Below, piece by piece: positions 10,784 through 20,801 of a DNA stretch of 20,801 bases. The notes beneath the pieces were generated by a model that did no database searches, was not told the origin of the DNA, and was given only the letters and a program-made list of their open reading frames with translations. Each line of letters starts with the position of its first letter. Position 1 is the stretch's first letter. The position numbers were made by a program, and so were the translations under genes. Source of the stretch: Octopus sinensis (taxonomy: Eukaryota); the NCBI RefSeq assembly GCF_006345805.1, contig NW_021823908.1:1-20801 (forward strand), in the 5' to 3' direction.

Positions 10784-10825
10784 AAGGCATCAAGAATACT
10801 GGAGACTTTCTCAGATACAAATACG
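10784..10825 (+). other. Candidate 42-nt micro-exon
   Basis: ~40-nt polypyrimidine tract plus tgcag acceptor; ACG|gtaaac donor; length divisible by 3; all three frames open. Confidence 0.35.
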
Positions 10826-10924
10826 GTAAACAGTTTAGTGGCCCCTGCATGTTTTCCTCTCCCTCTTCCCCTCACTCCTATGAAAATAGGACATCAAACT
10901 ATTGAAGGTTTGGGTACAGATGAG

Positions 10925-11349
10925 CTCTCTCTCTCTCTTTTTTACTCTTTTACTTGTTTCAGTGATTCGAATGTGGCCGTGCTGGAGCACCGCCTTTTGT
11001 CGAGTAAATCGACCCAAGGACTTATTCATGTAAGCCTAGTACTTCTTCTATCGGTCTCTTTAGCCGAACCGCTAACTTACAGGGACATAAACACACCAGC
11101 ATCGGTTATCAAGCAATGTTGGGGCGGGGCGGGACAAACACTGACATACAAACACACACATAGAAATATATATATATGCATATATACAACGGGCTTCTTT
11201 CAGTTTCCGTCTACTAAATCCACTCACAAGGCTTTAGTCGGCCCGAGGCTATAGTAGAAGACGCTCGCCCAAAGTGCCACGCAGTGGGATTGAACCCGGA
11301 ACAATGTGGTTGGTAAGCAAGCTACTTACCACACAGCCACTCCCGCGCC
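10925..11349 (-). mobile_element. Full-length tRNA-derived CORE-like SINE (octopus OR/OK-like)
   Basis: Minus strand: A box tggctgtgtgg (11329-11339), B box ggttcaatccc (11286-11296), CORE-like ggcactttgggcgag, internal CA/TA tract, A/G-rich tail. Confidence 0.9.
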
Positions 11350-11408
11350 TATAGAAGTTTGGAATATAATTGTGTCCATTATTATAATCGTTATATATCT
11401 CAGTGCAT

Positions 11409-11424
11409 CACACACACACAGGCA

Positions 11425-11484
<60 letters not shown>
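11409..11484. repeat. (CA)n microsatellite
   Basis: Directly visible. Confidence 0.97.
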
Positions 11485-11487
<3 letters not shown>

Positions 11488-12146
11488 CAGGACATATACA
11501 CTTGAAGACCCTTCACACCACAAAATCCTCGCCTGTCATCCTTCTTTCGTATAAAATATTGCTACTTTGATAACGAAAATTCTTTTCCCATTACTTTAAA
11601 GCTGCTAAAACCTTTAATTCCTCTTCAGAATTGTTATAATTTCTCTATCATATACTTTATTTCACAAACGTAATTTTCTGAAACGAACTATTGTTAAATG
11701 AATTTGTATCGTTTGCTTCCATGTCAATCATTATATATACCATTTAAATCATTATCGTTATTGATAACTTGATTTTCTGAAGTGACACTATCGTTAAATG
11801 AATCTATCGTCTGCTCAGAGGAAATATTTGGCTGCTATTTCTAGCACATCCAGCTTAAGCTTCAGAGATTCTTCAGGAAGAGAATGGTGGATGACAATGT
11901 GAACACTGGAGGGTCTAACAATGAATTTAGAAATGTACTTCATTTTAATGTTGGCTTTTGACATTGTATTTGGGAAGAGATCGATGATCAATAGTTATCG
12001 AGCAAAAGTGAGATGATTCTAAAACATGAAAAATCTATCGTCTGATCGTATAACAATATTTTAATCATTTCCGGTTAATGTCGCTTTTAAACGATTTTAT
12101 GTTCCATAGCTACTAAATTTCTTTGACGTATGTATATATATATATA

Positions 12147-12776
12147 TCCCTCTCTATAACACGCACGATCAAACACACAGACACAAATTTCACACCTTAC
12201 ATCTAAGTGTATTTCACGTTTGTCTACCTCACACACACAATAACACATACACACACAGACACAAATGCATTTATATACACACTCATACACATACACAATC
12301 ACTCGCAATCATTAACACAAGCACACACCCGCACATAATAATACATACAGCATACATATTGTCCCCTACCTATTTTTACTACTCCCTCCTTCTACCCATT
12401 TTTGAATCATTGCTTATAACGGATTATTTAAAAAAAACACTCATTGTCACTGTGGTCACCATGTAGGCAATCATCAAAAATTTTGTTCGTCTTGTGGCTG
12501 AAAGAGGCTCTTAATCTTTCCTGATGAGAAGATGGCATAATGCACCATTTATTCCTTCGGAATTAAAATTATGCCGTCTTCGAAACATGTGTCGAGAGTA
12601 AAAACCTCGTTCGACTCCATTCTTTCATTTATTCATATAAATAACACAAATTTGCACACAAGAACCCGGAGTTTCTACCCTTGACAGGTCACTTCAACTG
12701 TGTTTTCCGACGTGAATTTGCTACCCAGGTATCGGTTAAACGAATTTTCCATGCTAGGATAATTCATTCACCTACT
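12147..12776 (+). mobile_element. Probable Penelope-type pseudo-LTR or non-autonomous element carrying a hammerhead
   Basis: Non-coding segment bounded by (TA)n tracts and containing a type I hammerhead, a known feature of Penelope pLTRs. Boundaries uncertain. Confidence 0.5.
12516..12598 (+). ncRNA. Type I hammerhead ribozyme
   Basis: Core CTGATGA (12521-27); 14-bp stem II gaagatggcataat/attatgccgtcttc (one G-U); GAAA (12582-85); minimal stem III with palindromic acatgt; GTC cleavage triplet (12591-93); stem I ctttc/gagag. Confidence 0.85.
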
Positions 12777-12808
<32 letters not shown>

Positions 12809-13099
12809 CAAATACATGAATATATACGTTTATATAATTCTGATAACTGTGTGTGCGTGTTATATATATATATATACATACACACACACACACACACACA
12901 GATATCACAATTTGTAAAATAGTACTTAGATTATTTCAAGTTAATTTCAGTTACGCGGATGTAAACAGTCTCATGCAGTTACGCATATACACACACACAC
13001 ATACATACACACATGCAACACCAGACAGTGACATAATTTTCATTTCTCCATTTCTGCTGGAATGCTAATGTCGGGGAAGAAGGAGGGTATACTGAGTAA

Positions 13100-13235
13100 G
13101 TGAAGGGAATATCACATTAACGATTGCATTATATGACATAATTTTATTGTAAATAAGTGAGTGAAAAGTCTAGCCGGAAAAAAATTCCAATAATAATAAT
13201 TATAATAATAATATTAATAATAATAATAATAATAA
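13100..13235 (+). repeat. Inverted copy of the module at 6204-6405 and 18216-18708, ending in (AAT)n
   Basis: atcacattaacgattgc..gtgagtgaaaagtctagccggaaaaaaattccaataat is the reverse complement of tggaatttttttccggctaaacttttcactcac..gcaatcgttaatgtgat. Confidence 0.85.
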
Positions 13236-13384
13236 CTTTCTCCCTCCCTCTATCTCTCTTTCTATCACTTTCTTTCCCCTCTCTCATTTACACTCTTCCA
13301 CTATTAACGCCCGTCTTTGACTGCTGACGCAATCTTTTCATATCGGATTCATATAATGAGAAATACAGACGCCAATCTATATTT

Positions 13385-13422
<38 letters not shown>

Positions 13423-13742
13423 GCATAATTGTGTGCTACTTCAATGAAAAAATGTATGGTAAATAAACAAATGACGCAATATATATATATGCGCACATAT
13501 ATATATATATAGATATATATAAACATTCAGTACCTCTTACGAACAGAGACTAACACCACTTTATTGGTAAGTTACGATTTTCATTATATTATATCGGCCT
13601 TCTATTGGCCATTGTCCAGTCTCCTCAACGGCATTAAGGATGGGATTAAAAGGTTCTCCACCCTTAAGACTTCAAAAATTTGTGTCCCCAAATTACCTAA
13701 AATGTTTTTTTATGCTTTTATTTTTACTTCAGTAATTTTCAG

Positions 13743-13956
13743 TTAACCCATTAGCATTGGCACTGGCCACGTCGGGCCCAAATATTCTTCCTGTTTTATG
13801 TGGAAACTGAACACATTAGCCCTTTCACAACAACCATGCAAAGTTATTCTAAAAGTAAGCAATCACATAATCAAAATCTCAAAGCTAGAAGATAACGTAT
13901 GATTAATTGTAAACGATGTGAATAATTAAGTAATTCATCTGAATGTTTAGGGAGTA
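13743..13956. mobile_element. piggyBac-like MITE, copy 2
   Basis: ttaa-cccattagcatt ... aatgtttaggg; paralog of 1284-1493. Confidence 0.45.
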
Positions 13957-14528
13957 TCCCCTTCTAGCTTGTATACTAATGAAACAGCAATTCCATCTCA
14001 AATTACAAGTGGGGTCTTTTTTAAGAACACATTTCAGGTTCGAGGGAGTGGTTAAGAATGTTAGTAGTCCAAAAAATCGGGTCGGTATTTTTCTTAGTAT
14101 TTGATTTTTAATTATTGTTTGAAGCCGAGAAGGGTCAAATGAGAGTAGAGACGGTTGAAAAGCAAAAATTTGAAGAAATTTGTGATGTGTGTTGGAGAGA
14201 TTTAGGAGGCTGAGAGGAGGATGAAAAATCGATTGATCATAATACTTGGAATAAATTTGGGATGCGTGTTATATATATTTATATTTCTGTAGGTATCTAT
14301 ATATATATGCTGACTACTTAATGTTTTTAATACTGTGTATTAATGTAGGAGTTTATATGTATATATATTGTGCGTATATGTGTGTTTGTTTGCATGTATG
14401 TATGTAAGAGCTTGTATGTATATATTATGTATTTGTAAATGCAACTTTGGATATTTCATATGTATTGCATATGCTCATATATATATATATATATATATAA
14501 TATATATATATATCTGTATATATATATA

Positions 14529-14571
<43 letters not shown>

Positions 14572-14689
14572 ATATATATATATGTATACATAGACACACA
14601 CATATATATTTGCTATTTGGAATGTGTTCACTTGTCGATTGTCAGGTTGACACTTGTTTTACATTACAGCTTTGATTATTTTGAATTAG

Positions 14690-15340
14690 GGAAGTGCATG
14701 AATGTCGAGCAGTATTTATGCTTACGATAAAAAATAACGTCAGAGAATTTAACAGTGAGGAGTTGTGGAGGCGAAGAATAGTTAATGACCCTTTTATACA
14801 TAACATACATTTACCTATATTTGTGTTGTAAAGGGGAGCTTCACATACTATGGACCACGATAGAGCGTATTGGACATTGTTTTGAATTGAGGTTGTATAT
14901 GTGTGTTGCTAAAGATTGAAATAGTTTAGATTCGGGATTAGTGAAAGAATACATATGAGCACGACAAAGACATTGAAAATCCTCAGTGCCATTAATATAC
15001 ACCCTTGCCTGGTGGGTGCATGGGGTAATCATTGGCACATACCGTATATTTCAGAAGCGCGACAGTTGCAAGTGGTTGGGGTTTACTATTAGTAATGTTG
15101 ATGTTGGTTGGTTTGTTGTTAGTGGGGAGAATCTAAATTAGGATTTATATTAGTATCGGATTGAGAGGTTGTAATGGAACTAATATTTGTCGTCTCGTAG
15201 ACAGGGTTGTAGAATGTTGGCTTAAGTTTAGTATTATACAATTGAGGTGGCTTATTAAGGTTTGTATTATTGTATTGTGAAGGTTCACTTGGGATTTTGG
15301 GGAAAATTTTGATTTTATCCACACATAAAGCCTACCGGTG
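14690..15340 (-). pseudogene. Penelope-like GIY-YIG endonuclease relic, copy 2
   Basis: ORF 14841-15038 gives ARVYINGTEDFQCLCRAHMYSFTNP..LATHIYNL; CNCR upstream; N/T/P/S-rich linker at 15119-15322. Confidence 0.8.
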
Positions 15341-15699
15341 TTTTATAAAGACTTATGGAACCACGTGACCGCTGCTAGCTTTGTTGTTGTTGATGTGTAT
15401 GTATTTTCAAAATGTTTTATTCTTCAACTTTGAGATGTATTGTTGATTTTTTTTATTTTATCTTACTATAATCAGCAACAAACAGCTTCCGTCAATATTA
15501 AATTCTTTATTGGATAAAAAAAAGACATTATCAAAACTTGAAGTTAAAACAAAACAAATGTGCTTTGTTTTCTTCCAGGCACCAATGTCCTGTAGCAATA
15601 GTCTTTCATCGACCGACCCTTCCTCCAAAAAAATCAGTGGAATCATTCGATCTCCATACACAAATTATTTTCCTCCTGGAACTATAAAAAAAGTTACAC

Positions 15700-15779
15700 A
15701 CATTAGGCGCACCTTTCTCTAAGCGTCACACTATATTTCCCAGGTAAAAAATAGCGGCTTATACACCGGAAAATACGGT
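15700..15779 (-). mobile_element. Probable Tc2/pogo-like DNA transposon terminus
   Basis: Minus strand reads ccgtattttccggtgtataagccgc..ggtgcgcctaat, resembling Tc2-type TIR starts (CCGTATTT..TATAAG.CGC), from recall. Confidence 0.5.
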
Positions 15780-16623
15780 GTTTCTTTTTTTGTCATATTC
15801 ATATCGACTTTTCCTCCATAAACGTTACACAAACACTTGACTGCGCATGCCTGAATATCTACATTAAAGCATTTTCTAAGCTAAATTCTCTGCCTGATCT
15901 ACAGGCTCATTAGGCCCCCAGTATATCTCGGTATCGAACGTATTTCAACACACAAGGATACAACACACCGGATACCAGTCTGTCGCAATGTTAACCCCTG
16001 GTTAATGCTGGTGCTTTTCAGATGAGAGCACTGGAAGTGTCTTTCTCGTGGACACAACTTACCGAAACAATAATCCATACGCCTATATGTGTGTGTGCGC
16101 GCTTATGTACATATCCGTGCGTATGTGGGTGTATTTTTGTATGCATGTACACACACACACACACAATCTTTTATTCTTTTAATCTTTTGCTTATTTAAGG
16201 TGAATTTTAAAGTCGTTATGCCAATCACATAATCCCCTTCCGACATAGGCCAAAAGTAAAGCTACGAAAGTGGCTAAGTTTGGAAGAAAACGAAACACCA
16301 CATGTGACTGGATGGGAAGTAATTGAGAATCCATAACTTATGTGAATGGATCGAATAAATATAAGCTTTATTTAGCTGAAAGAGTGCATATCCTGTTCAG
16401 ATCTAAGATGCTTAATCCTCTATTGGACTCTAGGTCGGGCATTTTCAGTCGTGGTCAAGTATAAATATATTTTGAAGAACAGAAAAATTCCGTCTATTCT
16501 TGATTAAATTTTTGATATCTTTTTAGCCTTATAATTGAAGGTCTAACGAGGAGAACTTTTAAATGCTGTTTTTACTTTTCCCTTTTCCCATTTTCGTTTT
16601 TGTGCTTTCGCTGTCCGATTTCC

Positions 16624-17993
16624 GGAACACTGGGCATGCTGTGGAAGACATGCACTGGGGCTGCGGCATCTCCAAACATCCTGCGTAAATGGTGAACAGG
16701 TGTGGTCATCGTTTGTCAAACAGGCTTTTCCACATCTCATCTCCTTGAGTAAGCTGCAGTCGTGGGTCAAGAAGAGACCGAGGAAGTGTTACTGGCATCT
16801 GGAATGTTGCTAGGCACTCACTGTCCTCTACCAGGTGGGCAATGCGATCAGTGGAAAATCCACTCTGAAGTTCTATGGAGGGTTAGTGGAGGGAAAGTGC
16901 GATGAAGCACTTGGAGAGACGCTAGGCGTTGACAAAATTGAACTAATCAGTCTGTTGAGGAGGACTTTCAAGACGGGGATAATGGATAACTTCTAGAAGT
17001 CCCTTGCTTTGCAGTGCTATCGGGGGGCACTGCCGGATCGAGATAAACTCTACAAGCACGGAATTGCTGTCTGATCGACCTACCCGAGGTATGCGCAGAG
17101 CGATGAAAGCGTTCTGCACGCACTCGTCCAGTGTCCTTGCATTACTGACTTGTGGAGTTATGTTGAAAAGCTGTTATTAAGTGTAGGGAGTTTCTATCTA
17201 TCGGCCGAGTCCGTAGTGAAGATCGATCAGCCGATTTCCATCAGTCCGGAAGGTCAGGCAATTTACTTCTGTCTAATAGCAAGTAGCGAAAGTGGCTGTA
17301 TTGCGGACCAGGTTAAACGGACTAAAGGCAGAGAATTTACTCTACGGCCAATCACGGGTCAACTTTTTCAAATTTCCTTTGGAAAGGAAGATGAGGGTGC
17401 AGAGTGAAGTGCTGCCTCCCAGTACATTTGCCAAAAGGTGGATGAACAGAGAAAATGGTACGTGTGAGTGGACCTACTCTAGTAAAGTAACTGTGGGCTA
17501 GTGAATTTGAAAGGGAGGAGAGTGCCCTTCCCAGATGCTCTCGAAGCGTCGAGTGGTTCAGGATTGGGGTGTGGGTACCTGAGCCAACTCCAGGGGATTA
17601 CCTGCACCTATTACAACATTTCATTGTTATATTCTTTTGTCAGATATCATTGTTAATCTTTTAACTGTGTACTCGTTGTCTCTGCGTGAAATCCCCACTG
17701 TCCATACTGTATCCTGTTTCTTTACTACCCACAAGGGGCTAAACACAGAGAGGACAAAAAAAGACAGACAAACGGATTAAGTCGATTATATCGACCACCG
17801 TGCGTAACTGGTACTTCTTTAATCGACCCCGAAAGGATGGAAGGCAAAGTCGACCTCGGGGGAATTTGAACTCAGGAGGTAACGGCAGAAGAATTACCGC
17901 TAAGCATTTCGCTCGACGTACTGAAGATTCTGCCAGCTCTCACCGCATTTTCGACTGTATCTTCTCCCATATGCCGGCCCTATTGGCAAATAA
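16624..17993 (+). mobile_element. Tx1/L1-clade LINE subfamily B, copy 2, with SINE inserted in the 3' UTR
   Basis: Paralog of 4239-5586; retains 23 bp of UTR after the SINE that copy 1 lacks. Confidence 0.88.
17715..17946 (-). mobile_element. tRNA-derived Meta-like SINE, copy 2
   Basis: B box gagttcaaattcc on the minus strand; paralog of 5331-5562. Confidence 0.85.
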
Positions 17994-18032
17994 TAATAAT
18001 AATAATAATAATAATATAATAATAATTAATAA

Positions 18033-18063
<31 letters not shown>

Positions 18064-18131
18064 AATAATGATGATAATGATAATAATACAAATATTAATA
18101 ATAATAGTAATAATAATAATAATTATCATAT

Positions 18132-18162
<31 letters not shown>

Positions 18163-18183
18163 TTAATAATAATAATGATAATG

Positions 18184-18215
<32 letters not shown>

Positions 18216-18216
18216 A

Positions 18217-18256
<40 letters not shown>

Positions 18257-18354
18257 GTCTATTATTATCATTATCATTATTATTTTAAATATTATTATTA
18301 TTATATTATTATTATTATTATTATTAATAGTATTATTATTATATATATTATTAC

Positions 18355-18387
<33 letters not shown>

Positions 18388-18502
18388 CATTATTATTTTA
18401 AATATTATTATTATTAGTATTATTATTATTATCATTATTATTATTAATATTATTATTATTATGATTATTATTATTATTTTATTATTATTATATTATATAT
18501 TA

Positions 18503-18545
<43 letters not shown>

Positions 18546-18620
18546 TTATTATTAATAGTATTATTATCATATTATTATTACTATTATTATTATTATTATT
18601 ATTATATTATATTATTATAT
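17989..18620. repeat. Long degenerate (AAT)n-(ATT)n inverted microsatellite
   Basis: AAT-type to ~18215, ATT-type afterwards. Confidence 0.95.
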
Positions 18621-18980
18621 TGGAATTTTTTTCCGGCTAAACTTTTCACTCACTTCTTTACAATAAAATTATGTCATTTAAAGCAATCGTTAATGTGATA
18701 TCCCCTTCAGTTTCAAATTAAAGAAAAGCTTAGGCAGGGTTGTGTATCTAATTGCATCACACACACAGACACACACACTCACACTCACAATCGTACACAT
18801 CAACTCTCCTCCTCTTCTTTCCCCTCTCTCTCTTCTATCACTCCCTCTCCCCACTCTCTCATTTCAACTCTACCACTTCCACCGCCAATCATCATAAACT
18901 GCTGACTGAAACTTTTCAAACCGAAATAATATAATTAGAAATACAGATGCCATATATATATATATATATATATAAAAACA

Positions 18981-19119
18981 CTTTTAACTCTTTCACTTGT
19001 TTCAGTCATTTGACTGCGGCCATGCTGGAGCACCGCCTTTAGTCGAGCAAATCAACCCCGGGACTTATTATTTGTAAGCCCAGTACTTATTCTATCGGTC
19101 CATTTTGCCGAACCGCTAA
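18981..19119 (-). mobile_element. 5'-truncated CORE-like SINE inserted in (TA)n, specific to copy 2
   Basis: Matches ~10940-11075; flanked by (TA)n; the paralogous tract 6648-6720 is empty. Confidence 0.88.
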
Positions 19120-19156
<37 letters not shown>

Positions 19157-19186
19157 ATATATATATATATATATACATACATATAT

Positions 19187-19235
<49 letters not shown>

Positions 19236-19252
19236 TATATGTATATATGTGT

Positions 19253-20330
19253 GTCTTAGGATGTGGAATGTTCGTATCAGCTAACACGACTGTGTCATCA
19301 TAATACTGTCCACGAAGCGTTGATAGGGGCAAAGCTTATCCAAGAGAAGTCGGTGGGCCTGCAAATCGGCAGACGGAGAGGCAGACCCGTACCAACCGAC
19401 AGTTTGTAGGGCGCTAGACGGAAAGACAGGTTAAACTGCTTGGGGTCTGGTCTGCTGTAGACCTCGAGGTGGACAACCACGGGTGGGAGGTGACGAACAG
19501 GATAGTCGATCTCACCCAAAAATTGGCAGAGAGGAAGCTGTTCGTGAATGGTCGAGTCGAGGTGGCGAATGCGTACATCGCTTCCGTCATCTATGACTGC
19601 CTGAATGTAGTCCCATGCCCGATAAAGTTAGAGCGTTTGTTATTCCGCTTTCTAAAGAAGGGACGTGTTCCGCTCATCAGACGGTCCATCTTCTGTCAAC
19701 AACCTCTCAGTGGAGTACTGGACATGCCGTTGCTAATGATTCGCAGACATGCGCTGAGACTGCGACAGCTCCTTCGTTTCTTTAGCGGTGAGAATAGGGG
19801 ATTGACTGTTTGTCAAACGGGACATTCTGCTGCTCGTCTCACTGAAGAAGCTACTGTACTGAGTCAAGCGTTGGCCAAGAAAGGGCGCTTGGCACCTGGA
19901 GTGTCGGCAAGCTCTCACAGCTTTCTGCCTGTCGGGCAACGTGGGCGTTGATAGTTCCACCTTGGATTTCTATAGGGGATTAGTAGAGGGGAAAGTACAA
20001 CGACGAAATCGGGGTAAATTCTGGGCGTTGGTGGATGGAATCAACTAACTGGTCCTTAACTTCCAGAAATCCTTGGCCTGGCAGTGCTACCGGGGAGCTC
20101 TGCCGATTCAAGACAAGCTCTACAGATACGAAAGTGTTGTCGGACGGATATGTCGGGGGTGTGCGCAGGGCGATGAAATAGTCCTGCATGCACTCGTCCA
20201 TCCAGTTTACGAGCCGAGTTCATTGTAAAGATCGCCCCGCCACCTTCTTTAGGCCGGGAATGAAAAGCAGTTTCTTCTGCCCGGTGGCTAAACAAGTAGT
20301 GTGGTGGACCAGACTGAAAACATTAAAGAT
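19253..20330 (+). mobile_element. Tx1/L1-clade LINE subfamily C, decayed ORF2 from RT end to zf-RVT
   Basis: ORF 19469-19951 (ERKLFVNGRVEVANAYIASVIY..LFRFLKKGRVPLIRRS..LDMPLLMIRRHALRL), then NFQKSLAWQCYRGAL and CAQGDEIVLHALV; several internal deletions. Confidence 0.9.
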
Positions 20331-20388
20331 TAAACCTCCTTCACAATGAAATTATGTCATTTGATATTATCATTTAATATTATCATTA

Positions 20389-20615
20389 AACACAAACTGA
20401 CACAAACTGACACACAAACACACACATAGAAATATATATATATGCATATATACAACGGGCTTCTTGCAGTTTCCGTCTACTAAATCCACTCACAAGGCTT
20501 TAGTCGGCCCGAGGCTATAGTAGAAGCCGCTCGCCCAAAGTGCCACGCAGTGGGATTGAACCCGGAACAATGTGGTTGGTAAGAAAGCTACTTACCACAC
20601 AGCTACTCCCGCGCC
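20389..20615 (-). mobile_element. 5' half of the CORE-like SINE (duplicate of ~11140-11349; 3' half deleted)
   Basis: A and B boxes present; the flank 20616-20801 matches 11350-11533. Confidence 0.9.
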
Positions 20616-20690
20616 TATTGAAGTTTGGAATATAATTGTGTCCATTATTATAATCGTTATATATCTCAGTGCATAACACACACACAGGCA

Positions 20691-20725
<35 letters not shown>

Positions 20726-20801
20726 CACACACACACACATACACACACACACACCAGGACGTATACACTTGAAGACCCTTCACACCACAAAATCCTCGCC
20801 T

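Larger units (their letters stand above)
13390..19609 (+). repeat. Large direct duplication, copy 2 (paralog ~940-7080)
   Basis: Colinear match ending at ctgaatgta (19609) vs ctgaatata (7080). Confidence 0.95.

Noticed and set aside
11280-11349. tRNA gene
   Set aside because: The A/B boxes belong to a SINE head continuous with CORE-like body and tail; no full cloverleaf is evident.
15039-15055. taccgtatatttc as the left TIR partner of the 15779 terminus
   Set aside because: Only ~7-8 bp match, and it lies inside the Penelope EN coding relic next to a deletion junction.

Overview
AT-rich, microsatellite-dense eukaryotic DNA with no intact protein-coding gene. The SINE families and repeat landscape resemble octopus (coleoid cephalopod) genomes; this is recognition, not a database result. 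Most listed ORFs are microsatellite artefacts. The window is a mosaic tandem duplication: ~940-7080 recurs at ~13390-19609, 1-827 at 9802-10586, and ~11140-11533 at ~20401-20801. It is filled with retroelement relics: three Tx1/L1-clade LINE subfamilies (five fragments), two tRNA-derived SINE families, Penelope-like GIY-YIG fragments, an (AAT)n-embedded element and DNA-transposon remnants. Most notable: (1) a well-formed type I hammerhead ribozyme at 12516-12598; (2) a young Tx1-like LINE embedded in (TCTA)n whose 3' terminal 35 nt match the tail of a local SINE at 29/35, suggesting a Tx1 LINE-SINE partnership; (3) the same amber stop at the homologous codon in two diverged LINE subfamilies. 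A few splice-site-bounded candidate exons, one possibly GPCR-like, are low-confidence.
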